Shown piece after piece: positions 1 through 9,358 of a stretch of 64,000 nt of DNA (the stretch's first letter is position 1; each line of letters begins with the position of its first letter). The notes beneath the pieces are model-generated. The model did no database searches and was not told where the DNA came from. It saw only the letters and a program-made list of their open reading frames with translations. The stretch spans positions 1 through 64,000 of the forward strand of contig JBBRSP010000006.1 in assembly GCA_038245295.1 (NCBI GenBank), written 5' to 3'. A program made the position numbers and the translations under genes. The stretch comes from Candidatus Binatia bacterium. Lineage in GTDB: Bacteria; Desulfobacterota; Binatia; HRBIN30.

Positions 1-184
1 GATGGAAATCTAAGCTCAGTTGTGGAACACACTCTGTCATCGGCCCCTCCCCGCGTCCAACCGCCAAAACCTTAGTCAGTTGCAGTGGTTATCACGGATG
101 GGGCCGATGCTTTAGATCTCCACGTGAATTATCCGGGCTAAGCCCGCAAAGCCACACGCGCATTGATCCGGAGGGAGCCCACCA

Positions 185-1555
185 ATGCCAAGTTCCAGTG
201 AGACCCTCGCCCGGTGGGCCATCGCCACACGCTACGAAGATCTGCCGCCGGCGTTGATCGAGAAAGTGAAGTTGCACACGCTCGACCTCCTCGGCGTCAG
301 TCTGGCGGCGGCACCGCTGGATTTTGCGCAGGCGGCACGGCGGGTCGCGCTGGCCATCGGCGGTGCGCCGCGGTGCACATTGGTCGGCATGCCGGATCGT
401 CTACCCGCGGCCTGGGCCGGCTTCGTCAACGGCATCACGGCGCACGGTCTCGACTACGATGACACCCACGCCGAGTCGGTGGTGCACGTGAACGCAACGG
501 TGGTACCGAGCGCCCTGGCGATCGGCGAAGAAGTGGCAGCAAGCGGGCGCCAGTTTATCCGCGCCGTGGCGCTCGGCATGGAAGCCAACATCCGCATCGG
601 CCTGGTGGCGCCGAACCAGTTTCACACACGCGGCTTTCATCCCACCGGCGTGTGCGGCGCCTATGCCGCGGCGCTGGTCACGAGCCTGCTGCTCGAGTTG
701 CCGGCCGAGACGACGATCAACGCGCTTGGCCTCGCCGGCAGTCAGGCAGCCGGCACGATGGAGTTCCTGACCGATGGCACATGGTCGAAGCGCCTGCACC
801 CCGGCTGGGCGGTACACAGCGGCATCATCGCCGCATGTCTTGCCGAGAACGGATTCACCGGACCGAAGGGAACCTTCGATGGCCGCTACAGCCTGTATCG
901 TACACATCTGGGCGACGCGGGGTTCGACGTGGCGACGCTGACCGACGGACTCGGCACGACCTGGCATGCGCTGGATACGAACCTCAAGCCCTATCCGTGT
1001 TGCCACATGACACATGCGTTCATCGATGGCGCCAAACACTTGCAGCAGCATCACAACGTGAAAGTTGAGCAGATCGAGCAAATCGAGTGTTTCATCTCGC
1101 CAGGCGAGGTGGCGGTCGTCTGCGAGCCGCTGGTAACCAAGCACCTGCCGCAGACCGATTACGACGCGAAGTTCAGCCTGCCTTACTGCGTCGCATCGAT
1201 GCTGATCCGCGGCCACGTCGACCTGCATGACTTCACCGCCGAGGCCATCCGCGACGAGGCCGTGCTGGCGCTGACGCGTCGGGTCGCGTACCGCGAGGAT
1301 CCACAGAGCGATTATCCAAAACATTTCGGCGGCTGGTTACGGATACACTTGCGCGATGGACGCATGCTCGAGCACCACGAACCGGTCAACCGTGGCCATG
1401 CCGAGCGGCCGCTCAGTGATGTCGATGTGCAGGAGAAGTTTCGCGCCAATGCCAGTGTCGCACTCGACAGCCGGCGCACCAACACCGTGGTGGAATCAAT
1501 CCATGGGCTCGAAGCGGGCGGGCTTGAGCGCTTGTGCGGGGCTCTGGCGCCGTAG
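185..1555 (+). CDS. MmgE/PrpD family protein
   Basis: 456 aa; motifs AHGLDYDDTH, RGFHPTG, WSKRLHPG, KPYPCC; GGAGGGAG RBS upstream. Confidence 0.93.
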   Translation: MPSSSETLARWAIATRYEDLPPALIEKVKLHTLDLLGVSLAAAPLDFAQAARRVALAIGGAPRCTLVGMPDRLPAAWAGFVNGITAHGLDYDDTHAESVVHVNATVVPSALAIGEEVAASGRQFIRAVALGMEANIRIGLVAPNQFHTRGFHPTGVCGAYAAALVTSLLLELPAETTINALGLAGSQAAGTMEFLTDGTWSKRLHPGWAVHSGIIAACLAENGFTGPKGTFDGRYSLYRTHLGDAGFDVATLTDGLGTTWHALDTNLKPYPCCHMTHAFIDGAKHLQQHHNVKVEQIEQIECFISPGEVAVVCEPLVTKHLPQTDYDAKFSLPYCVASMLIRGHVDLHDFTAEAIRDEAVLALTRRVAYREDPQSDYPKHFGGWLRIHLRDGRMLEHHEPVNRGHAERPLSDVDVQEKFRANASVALDSRRTNTVVESIHGLEAGGLERLCGALAP

Positions 1556-1781
1556 CCGTCGTCCCGGCGAAGGAGACTGTCGTAAAAGTCTAAGGCGGGC
1601 TTCGAGGTGGCCCCACGGATCGGATTTCACCAAGTGGGCCTCCTCAGCCCGAACGGGGTGCTTTGATTTCAGGAGGGTTTTCCGTTCGCGCTGAGGAGGC
1701 ACCAACTGCGCAAGACCTGCGGATGCCGTCTCGAAGCGTCGTTCTATGGAAAATCGACAGTCTCCTTCGCCGGAATGACGG
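1556..1781. mobile_element. Non-autonomous MITE/REP-like element with nested inverted repeats
   Basis: 27-bp terminal IR (1556-1582 / 1755-1781, 2 mismatches), 8-bp IR (1599-1606 / 1730-1737), 19-bp inner IR (1638-1656 / 1682-1700, 1 mismatch); lies between convergent genes. Confidence 0.75.
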
Positions 1782-1793
1782 TGATGGGGCAGA

Positions 1794-2273
1794 TCAGCCG
1801 ACGACCAGCTTCGCTGAAGGAATGTCATCACGCTTCCACTCCTCATGGTACAGCGGCTCGAAGTGGATACTCTGGATGCGCCAGGCCTCGCCCTGCTTGA
1901 CGAACTCGTCGTGGTAAAACGACGCGATGCGAATCACCCGGTTGGCGTCGACGTTGTACAGGAGATTGTAGAGAGCCCAGGTGCCTTTGGCGGTGGTGGC
2001 GCCGGTGATTTCGACATCGTCGTGATGACCGTGATGCACGGTGCGTGTAGAGCCGCCGAGTGATTGGGTGAGGAACGCGAGGATGGCATCGACGCCGCGG
2101 AATTCGAGACCGGGGGCGCCGTAGTTGACGACGGCATCAGCGGCGAAGACGTCGCGCATGTCGGCCCAGCGCTTCGTATCGAGGTAGCGCCAGTAGCGAT
2201 ACTTCGTACGTTTGATGGCTTCGACGTTTTCGATGCGCTGCAGGCGTTGTTCGAGGGTGGCAAGATCAGACAT
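1794..2273 (-). CDS. NTF2/SnoaL-like family protein (BaiE/scytalone dehydratase-like)
   Basis: C-terminal 159 aa of track ORF 1794..3431, from MSDLATLEQ; KYRYWRYLDTKRW, TVHHGH, AKGTW, YHDEF, WRI pattern. Confidence 0.88.
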   Translation of the reverse strand: MSDLATLEQRLQRIENVEAIKRTKYRYWRYLDTKRWADMRDVFAADAVVNYGAPGLEFRGVDAILAFLTQSLGGSTRTVHHGHHDDVEITGATTAKGTWALYNLLYNVDANRVIRIASFYHDEFVKQGEAWRIQSIHFEPLYHEEWKRDDIPSAKLVVG

Positions 2274-2333
2274 CGGGTTCTCCAGTGGGCCGCATGCTTG
2301 CAGATTTAGTGGCCACCGTGTCAAGGAGGCGGC

Positions 2334-3533
2334 GTGAACAGCGAACGTTACCAAGACCTCATGTTCCGCTTCATCGAGTCGGTGCTCTACGACATCGGCC
2401 CGCGTGAATCGTGCAGTGAAAATGAGAAGCGCCTCGGGCGCCGGCTGATCCAGGAGTGGAACACACTCGGTTTGCAGACGCGCACGGAACCGTTCACTTG
2501 CAATCCGAAGGCGTTCCTCGGGTTCATTCCGTTCGCGGCAATCCTCTATCTCATCGCAACAATCCTCTATTGGATGGCGCCGCTGTGGGCGGCGTTGGTT
2601 GCGGCGACGGCGGCAGCGGTCACGATCTTTGAGCTGTTGCGATATCGCGAGCTCGTCGATCCGTTGTTCCCGACGGCCGACGGCGAGAACGTCGTCGGTG
2701 TGTGGCGTCCAAGTGGTGAGGTCACCCGCCGTGTGATCGTCAGCGCCCACCAAGATTCGGCCTACGAGTTCAACCTGTGGTTCTTCCTCAAGAACGCCTC
2801 GGTGCCGATCATGGTGATTGGTTTTGCCGCGCCGTTCGTGCCGCTCTTCGGCGGCCTCGCCAAGTGGCTTGCTGGCGCCGGCGGTGTGGCCCATCCGTTC
2901 CAGGTCGTCGGTTGGATCTGCGTCGGCCTCTATCCGATCGTCGGCTTGAACTTGTTCTTCCACACCTACTCGGTTGTGCCGGGCGCGATGGACGATCTTG
3001 CCGGCATCAGTGTGTTGTACGGCCTGGGCCAGTCGCTGGTCGACGCGGCGCGTGAGGGCCAGCCGCTGACCCAGCAGACCGAAGTCGTGCTCCTCGGCGC
3101 GTCGTCGGAAGAGGCCGGTCTGCGCGGCGCCAAGCGTTACGCTGAGGCGCATCGTGTGGAACACGCGGCGATTCCGACCTTCGGCGTGTTCGTCGACGGC
3201 GTCTACGACGAACGTCATCTTACGGTAGTCTATCGCGAGCTGTTCACGGGAGTGCATCACGATCCGCGACTCGTGGCGGCCGTAAAATCGATCGCCGGCG
3301 AACGCGGCTGGCCCATTAAGGAGCATATGATCCCACTCGGCGCGACGGATGCGACGGCATTCCGCCAGGCCGGCGTCGCAACGGTAACGCTGTTGTGTCA
3401 GGACGCCACCAAGCTGGTGCCCAACTACCACACCCGACTCGATACGATTGAATGGGTGCGGCCGCAGTCGCTCGGTGTGATGTTGCAGCTGGTGACCGAC
3501 GTCATCGGTCGCATCGACACGGGGCGGATCTAA
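2334..3533 (+). CDS. M28 family metallopeptidase, membrane-associated
   Basis: SAHQD, GAMDD, SEEAGLRGA, TDA, NYH motifs; two hydrophobic inserts; AGGAGG RBS before GTG. Confidence 0.85.
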   Translation: MNSERYQDLMFRFIESVLYDIGPRESCSENEKRLGRRLIQEWNTLGLQTRTEPFTCNPKAFLGFIPFAAILYLIATILYWMAPLWAALVAATAAAVTIFELLRYRELVDPLFPTADGENVVGVWRPSGEVTRRVIVSAHQDSAYEFNLWFFLKNASVPIMVIGFAAPFVPLFGGLAKWLAGAGGVAHPFQVVGWICVGLYPIVGLNLFFHTYSVVPGAMDDLAGISVLYGLGQSLVDAAREGQPLTQQTEVVLLGASSEEAGLRGAKRYAEAHRVEHAAIPTFGVFVDGVYDERHLTVVYRELFTGVHHDPRLVAAVKSIAGERGWPIKEHMIPLGATDATAFRQAGVATVTLLCQDATKLVPNYHTRLDTIEWVRPQSLGVMLQLVTDVIGRIDTGRI

Positions 3534-3534
3534 A

Positions 3535-3618
3535 AAAGGGGACAGGACCCTTTATTTTGGTTCACATTCTTTAAGGATGAGAGCAACTTCGGCCCCCGAA
3601 ACGGGGACAGGACCCTTT
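3535..3618. repeat. Pair of 16-bp direct repeats GGGGACAGGACCCTTT (REP-like)
   Basis: Identical copies at 3538-3553 and 3603-3618 between convergent genes; first copy forms an AAAGGG/CCCTTT hairpin. Confidence 0.75.
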
Positions 3619-3622
3619 GCGG

Positions 3623-4591
3623 CTACCGGATCTTTGGCAGGACTTCCTTCTCGAATAACTTCAGATTCTCCCATGCCACCTTTGGCGACAGGCCGCCCAT
3701 GAGCGGGTGCAGGATGATGCGGCCGTGTTTCGCAGCGAGATCCACGCACTGCGCCGGCGTGACGATTTCGTAGACGCCGCTGCGTCGCACGTCGTCGATG
3801 GTTTGCGCGTCGGTGTGAACCTCGGAGCGTTGATCCGGCGTCTGCCAGGCGTGGTAGGTCTGCGCATCGTACAACGCGTGGGGGCCGATCTGCTTCCAGG
3901 CCGCTTCGACGTCGTTGGTCACATGCACAAACCCCGGCCCGCCCGGCATTGCCGTGAAGCCACCGTGGAAACCCAGCTTCTTGCACTCTTCGGCGTAGAT
4001 GTCGGCCAGCGCCGCATCACCCACCGCCGGGAAAAAGCCCGCCTGCAGACGCGCCGCGCGCCGCGCCGCGATCGGCGTCGAGCCGCCGATGAGAACCATC
4101 GGGGGATTCTTCGGCTTGGGTGTGACGCGAATCGTTCGGCCGCGCCACTCGAAGGGCTCGCCCGTCCACGCCTGGCGCATCACGGTGACGTACTCTTCGA
4201 GAATCTTGCCACGCTTGCTGCGATCGACACCGGCCATTTCGAACTCTTCGTGGCGGTAGCCGAGACCAACCACCAGCGACAAGCGGCTGTCGCTCAGCAG
4301 GTCGATCGTCGCCATCTGCTCGGCGATGCGCACCGGGTCGTGCAACGGCAGCAGCAAGGCGGCGATGTTGAGACGCAGCTTCTTGGTGCGCCCGGCCACC
4401 GCCGCGGCCAACGTCAGCGGCGCCGACATATAGCCGTCACTCACACCATGATGTTCGGAGAATACCGCGATGTCGAGTCCGAGCTCGTCAGCCCACTGGC
4501 ACATATCGAGACAGGCCTCGTAGAGCTCAGCGTGCGTCGCCTGCGCCATCGGCGGGACACGGAGGTCAAAGCGGATGCCGACCATGGTCAT
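3623..4591 (-). CDS. LLM class flavin-dependent oxidoreductase
   Basis: 322 aa; SEHH, PLHDPVRIAEQ, GLGYRHEEF motifs; GAAGGAG RBS. Confidence 0.92.
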   Translation of the reverse strand: MTMVGIRFDLRVPPMAQATHAELYEACLDMCQWADELGLDIAVFSEHHGVSDGYMSAPLTLAAAVAGRTKKLRLNIAALLLPLHDPVRIAEQMATIDLLSDSRLSLVVGLGYRHEEFEMAGVDRSKRGKILEEYVTVMRQAWTGEPFEWRGRTIRVTPKPKNPPMVLIGGSTPIAARRAARLQAGFFPAVGDAALADIYAEECKKLGFHGGFTAMPGGPGFVHVTNDVEAAWKQIGPHALYDAQTYHAWQTPDQRSEVHTDAQTIDDVRRSGVYEIVTPAQCVDLAAKHGRIILHPLMGGLSPKVAWENLKLFEKEVLPKIR

Positions 4592-4604
4592 TGGACGTCT
4601 CCTT

Positions 4605-4684
4605 CATTTGGCCATCTTGCCATTTGGCCATTTGGCCGTTTGGTCGTTTGGTCGTTTGATCGTTTAGCTCGTTTGGCTCGTCTG
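4605..4684. repeat. Degenerate 8-9-bp tandem repeat array
   Basis: catttggc catcttgc catttggc catttggc cgtttggt cgtttggt cgtttgat cgtttagct cgtttggct cgtctg. Confidence 0.85.
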
Positions 4685-4773
4685 CTTGTCGTCAGGGGCT
4701 TCTACTTGGGGACGGCGTGCAGGGCAACGGACCTGGTTGCCTTCGACATGCCCGGCATGCGAGGGACAGCGGC

Positions 4774-5649
4774 ATGACGACGCAGACTCATTCGCTCGGA
4801 AAGTCATTCGCTCTGTGTGAAGCGGCCTATCTGGTCGCGATCGTCGTCGCGTTGGTGGCCGGCGTCTCAGTGCGCACCTGGCATCCCATCACCATCGCCC
4901 TGGTGGCCGATCTCGCGGCAACTTTGGCAGTCTACGCCTTCAGCGCCGCCTACTCGAACTCCAGCTTCTACGACCCATACTGGAGCGTCGCACCGCCGGC
5001 GATCCTTCTCTTCTGGATTGCCGGCGCTCCGCAACTGCCGACGGTGCGACAAATCGCCGTTAGTGCGATCGTTCTGTGGTGGGCGGTGCGTCTCACCTAC
5101 AATTGGGCGCGGCGCTGGGAAGGCCTTTCGCACGAGGACTGGCGCTACACGGATTTCCGCACGCAGTTCGGACGCAACTATTGGATGATCGACCTCGGCG
5201 GCATTCACGTCTTCCCGACGATCCAGGTATTTCTCGGCTCCTTGCCGCTATTCCCGGCGCTGCGCATCGTCGACCAGCCGTTCGGCATCATCGACGGCCT
5301 CGCGTTGGCGGTCGGCGTTGCCGCTGTGGTCATCGAGACGGTCGCCGACCAGCAACTGTGGGGCTTTCTGGCGCAGCGCAAACCAGGCGACATTCTGCAG
5401 AGCGGACTGTGGGCCTACTCACGCCACCCCAATTACTTCGGCGAGATCCTCTTCTGGTGGAGCCTGTTCCTATTCGGCGTGGCGGCCGACCCGGCGTGGT
5501 GGTGGACCGGCGTCGGTGCCGTGGCCATCAGCTTGATGTTCCACTTTGCCAGCGTCCCGATGATCGACAAGCGCAGCGTCGAGCGGCGGCCGGGTTATGC
5601 GGAGCTCATGCAGAGGGTTTCGGCGATTGTGCCTTGGTTTAGGAAATAG
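4774..5649 (+). CDS. DUF1295 (steroid 5-alpha-reductase-like) membrane protein
   Basis: NSSFYDPYWS, EDWRY, ETVADQQL, GLWAYSRHPNYFGE motifs; start taken at MTTQTH. Confidence 0.9.
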   Translation: MTTQTHSLGKSFALCEAAYLVAIVVALVAGVSVRTWHPITIALVADLAATLAVYAFSAAYSNSSFYDPYWSVAPPAILLFWIAGAPQLPTVRQIAVSAIVLWWAVRLTYNWARRWEGLSHEDWRYTDFRTQFGRNYWMIDLGGIHVFPTIQVFLGSLPLFPALRIVDQPFGIIDGLALAVGVAAVVIETVADQQLWGFLAQRKPGDILQSGLWAYSRHPNYFGEILFWWSLFLFGVAADPAWWWTGVGAVAISLMFHFASVPMIDKRSVERRPGYAELMQRVSAIVPWFRK

Positions 5650-5683
5650 GGCCCATGCGACGCATGGGCCCCATGAGTCCTAT
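5646..5683. repeat. Short palindromic element / probable bidirectional terminator
   Basis: ggcccatgcg-a-cgcatgggcc palindrome (5650-5670) bounded by ATAGG ... CCTAT, between convergent genes. Confidence 0.6.
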
Positions 5684-7503
5684 CGATCGAGCATCTCGGC
5701 GCGCTCGCGAGCGACGAACTCTTTCTGCAGCGCATCGAAATCGCCCTTGGTGAATTCGCGAAAGCTTTTGTCGCCGCGGACGCGGTAGAAAAGCGGCTCA
5801 TTCGCGAGGCGGCGCCGATCGAAGTGCACCTTCTTCAAATTGCGCACCAGCACCTTTTGCGTCTGCGTGTATTCGAAATCGTCGACCAGGCGCACGAAGT
5901 CGGGGAACCACTTGCGATCCATGCTGGCGCCGGACACCTGCACTTCGCACCAGTCGAAGAACGCCTGCGGGTTGAACTTCACACCGTCTCGCATCTTGAT
6001 CGCTGCCATCACCAACTCATCTGACACCGTGCACGGCACGCCATAGGCAACCGCAAGAGCTATATCGGGGTGCTCCGAAATGATGCGTCCGACCTGACTC
6101 GCCGAGAAGTTCTCACCGTCTTTACGAATCCAGTCATCGGTGCGGCCGTCGAAGTACAAGTAGCGCTGTGAACCGCGCTCCAGAATGTGTCCAAGGTCGC
6201 CCGAGTGGTAGACGCCGTCGCGATACTTCTCGTTGTTGGCCTTCGGATTATCGAAGTAGCCCTGGAACAGCGATGTATCGGGCGCGACACGGCAGATTTC
6301 GCCGACGGCGCGATCGTAGTTCGTCAGCTTGCCGTCGGAGCCGAGCTGCGCCGGCTCGCATTCTTTGCCATCGGGGCCAAGAATCTTCACTGCGGAATCG
6401 GTGATTTCGCCGACGCTACCGCGCGGATCACCCTTGCGGCGAAAGGTCGAAATGGCCGCCTCGGTGGAGCCGTAGAGCTCGAGCATATCTTCGAGACCCA
6501 TCCACTCGATGAAACGATCGATGTCCGGCGGCGCCGCGCCGTTGCCGACGGCGTAGCTCATCTTGTTGAGGGGATTGTTCGTCACTTCCTTGGCGATACG
6601 CGCCGCATCGCCGCCGTATTGTTTCTCGATGTGCGCCAACACGTAGTGCACCGGCTCGCCGACGTAGTTCCAGTAGGTCACACCGTAGCGCAAGACATCG
6701 GGCACAAATTGGCTGGCACTGAAGCGTTCGCGGATGCCCATCGAGCCACCGACCCAGAACGCCGGCATGAGGCCGACGAACATGGCATTCGAGTGGAACA
6801 GCGGCATACACGCGTAGCCGACATCTTCATGCGTCAGACCGAGGTTGCTCGACACCGCAAAGCCGGTGGCACACAGCTTCATGTGGTTGTTGTTGATTCC
6901 CTTGGGCAGGCCGGTGGTGCCGGAGGTGTAGATGACCATGAGGTTGGTCGTCGGCTCCACGGTCACCCCTGGGGCCTGCAGCGATTTACCGGCAGGGCCG
7001 ACCTCGGCATCGAGGCATTTGCGGAAGTCGGCGCTCGCCGCGACGCTGCCGCCCTGGGTCGGCAGGATCAGGATATTCTCGGGTGCGATGTGTTTCAGCT
7101 CGCCCTTCACCCGCTCGAGCTCGGGCGCAAACTTTTCGTCGATGACCACGATACGGGCGCGTGATTGATTCAACACACCGCTGAGCACGTCGCCGCGTAG
7201 GCCGGTGTTGACGCCGAACAGTGTCGTTCCGGCAAACGCGCAGCCGCCGTAGAGGCTGAGCAGCTCGAGGTGATTCTCCAAAACAATGGCAACATGGCCG
7301 GGGTGCTGCTCGTCGATCTGGCCGAGACGCTTCAATAGGAAGTGCGCCGTGCGCACCGATTCGTCGCGGAATTCCTGGTACGTCCAGGTGCGGTCGCCGT
7401 GTTTCAGGAACACCTTATTCTTGGTGTGCGGGTGCCGGGCGCGCGCCTCGATCTGCTCATTGACGGTAAACGAACCGGCGTCGAACGTAAGCGACTCAGC
7501 CAT
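5680..7503 (-). CDS. AMP-binding acyl-CoA synthetase (FadD17/long-chain-like)
   Basis: YTSGTTGLPKG, YGSTE, YHSGDLG, GRTDDWIRKDGEN motifs; AAAGGAAG RBS. Confidence 0.92.
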   Translation of the reverse strand: MAESLTFDAGSFTVNEQIEARARHPHTKNKVFLKHGDRTWTYQEFRDESVRTAHFLLKRLGQIDEQHPGHVAIVLENHLELLSLYGGCAFAGTTLFGVNTGLRGDVLSGVLNQSRARIVVIDEKFAPELERVKGELKHIAPENILILPTQGGSVAASADFRKCLDAEVGPAGKSLQAPGVTVEPTTNLMVIYTSGTTGLPKGINNNHMKLCATGFAVSSNLGLTHEDVGYACMPLFHSNAMFVGLMPAFWVGGSMGIRERFSASQFVPDVLRYGVTYWNYVGEPVHYVLAHIEKQYGGDAARIAKEVTNNPLNKMSYAVGNGAAPPDIDRFIEWMGLEDMLELYGSTEAAISTFRRKGDPRGSVGEITDSAVKILGPDGKECEPAQLGSDGKLTNYDRAVGEICRVAPDTSLFQGYFDNPKANNEKYRDGVYHSGDLGHILERGSQRYLYFDGRTDDWIRKDGENFSASQVGRIISEHPDIALAVAYGVPCTVSDELVMAAIKMRDGVKFNPQAFFDWCEVQVSGASMDRKWFPDFVRLVDDFEYTQTQKVLVRNLKKVHFDRRRLANEPLFYRVRGDKSFREFTKGDFDALQKEFVARERAEMLDR

Positions 7504-7713
7504 GGATGTGCTTCCTTTCAGATCGAACTAGCGAGCTGTGGTTCTTAGGGTTCGAGACCCCAGGCAGTCAACCCGGATCGCTGGCTTCAGCCACAACCCA
7601 ATCCCAGCCCCACAGAACACCAGCATCCGTGGCATTTCTTTGCGGCCTTGCGTCGCTGCACGAGTCACCCCAAGCGTTTGCCTGCGGGCGTGCGCATCTC
7701 CTATAGGCAAGGG

Positions 7714-9300
7714 GTGACGTTGGGTCAGTTTGTCGGCGATGTGGCCGGACGCTTTGGGGATCGGCCGGCATTGATCAGTGCGGAACGCTGCGTCAGTTAT
7801 ACGCAGCTGCGTGACGAAGCGCGCGGGTTCGCCAAGGCGTTGGCGCTACTCGGCGTTTCAAAGGGGACACGCGTCGGGATCCTGATGCCCAACCGCGCCG
7901 AGTGGTTGGCGTGCACCTTTGGCGCCCAGATGCTGGGCGCGATTGTTGTGCCGCTCAATACGCTGCTGCTGGGCCCCGAGCTCGACTATGCCCTGCGCTT
8001 CGCGGATGTGACGGTGCTGGTTGCCGTGTCGCGTTTTCTCCGCCACGACTACAGCTCCGTCCTCCGACAACTGGCGCCAGAAACGGAGCGGTCGACTCGG
8101 CCAATTACGTCGACGCGCCTGCCGGCTCTGCGCGAGATCCTCATGCCGGCGGATGCGGACCTGCCGGCGGCGCGCTCGTTCACCGACGCGCTCGCGGCCG
8201 GCGCCTCCGTGAGTGACGAGTGGCTCGACGCCATGATCGCCGAAACCGTCGCCGACGAGGCGGCAACGATCTTCTTCACATCGGGGACGACAACAGCACC
8301 AAAGGGCGCGGTGCACACGCATCGTTCCATGTTGCACGCCGCACACAACGTTGCGGACGTGCTCGGACTCGATCAGGACGATCGCACCTGGGGTTACCTG
8401 CCCTTCTTCTTCACAGGCGGCTTCGTCGCCGTCGCTCTCGCCACCTTGTCGCGCGGCGGTGCCGTCTTGCTGCAGGAGGTGTTCGATGCCGGCGCGGCCA
8501 TTCGCCTGATGTCAGATCACCGTGGTACGACGCTGTTTGCCTGGCCGCACCAGGCCGAGGCCATCGTTACCCATCCCGATTTTCGTCGGCTGCCGCTGCA
8601 CATCCGCAAGGGACCTGGGGCGCAATCGTCGTGGGCGGCGGCCATCTTCGACGACAACCACCAGGCGGTCGGCACGTGGGGCATGACTGAAAGTGGACCC
8701 ATGGCCAGTTCCACACGGTTTGACGATCCGCTCGAGGAACGTGCCGGCGCGCACGGACGCGCCACACCCGGGCTCGAGATGCATGTCATCGATCCCGACA
8801 CCGGCCGCGTGCTCGCTGCAAACGAGGAAGGCGAGTTGTGCGTGCGCGGCGCGGCGATGATGGCACACTACTACCGCCAGTCGCGCGCCGAGTCGTTTGA
8901 CGCTCAAGGGTTCTTCCACACCGGCGATCTGGCGCGCATCGATGAGCGCGGTTTGCTGCACTTCATCGGTCGGCTCAAGGACGTCATCAAGACCGCCGGC
9001 GTCAACGTTGCCGCTGCCGAAGTCGAGGCGGCGCTCCTTCAGCATCCAGCCGTCAAGGTGGCGTATGTCGTCGGCGTGCCGCATGCGGTGCGCGGCGAGA
9101 ATGTCGCGGCCTTTATCATCGGCAACGACACGAAGATCGATGCCGGGACCCTGGCCGAGTTCTGCCGCGGCGTGCTCGCCTCCTATAAGGTGCCGCGGCA
9201 CATTTGGTTCGTGTCCGAATCAGAGCTGCCGGTTCTCGGTAGCGGCAAGGTCGACAAGCGCGCCCTGCGGCAGGTGGCGACGGCGCGCGTTGCGGGCTGA
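7714..9300 (+). CDS. AMP-binding acyl-CoA synthetase
   Basis: FTSGTTTAPKG, WGMTE, FHTGDL, GRLKDVIKTAG, SGKVDK motifs; start placed at GTG 7714 (inferred). Confidence 0.9.
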   Translation: MTLGQFVGDVAGRFGDRPALISAERCVSYTQLRDEARGFAKALALLGVSKGTRVGILMPNRAEWLACTFGAQMLGAIVVPLNTLLLGPELDYALRFADVTVLVAVSRFLRHDYSSVLRQLAPETERSTRPITSTRLPALREILMPADADLPAARSFTDALAAGASVSDEWLDAMIAETVADEAATIFFTSGTTTAPKGAVHTHRSMLHAAHNVADVLGLDQDDRTWGYLPFFFTGGFVAVALATLSRGGAVLLQEVFDAGAAIRLMSDHRGTTLFAWPHQAEAIVTHPDFRRLPLHIRKGPGAQSSWAAAIFDDNHQAVGTWGMTESGPMASSTRFDDPLEERAGAHGRATPGLEMHVIDPDTGRVLAANEEGELCVRGAAMMAHYYRQSRAESFDAQGFFHTGDLARIDERGLLHFIGRLKDVIKTAGVNVAAAEVEAALLQHPAVKVAYVVGVPHAVRGENVAAFIIGNDTKIDAGTLAEFCRGVLASYKVPRHIWFVSESELPVLGSGKVDKRALRQVATARVAG

Positions 9301-9358
9301 TCGTCGCGGTGGCCACTTCGGCGGCACGTGCCCGGTGCGGTACGGGTGCCCAAAACGC

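Noticed and set aside
2274..3431. N-terminal 386 aa of track ORF 1794..3431 (-), an apparent fusion to the SnoaL domain
   Set aside because: Antisense shadow of the M28 peptidase; the real gene starts at 2273 after a GGAGA RBS.
7545..7570. GGGTTCGAGACCC T-loop-like motif (also GGTTCGACTC near 28622)
   Set aside because: No acceptor, D or anticodon arms can be built; not a tRNA.
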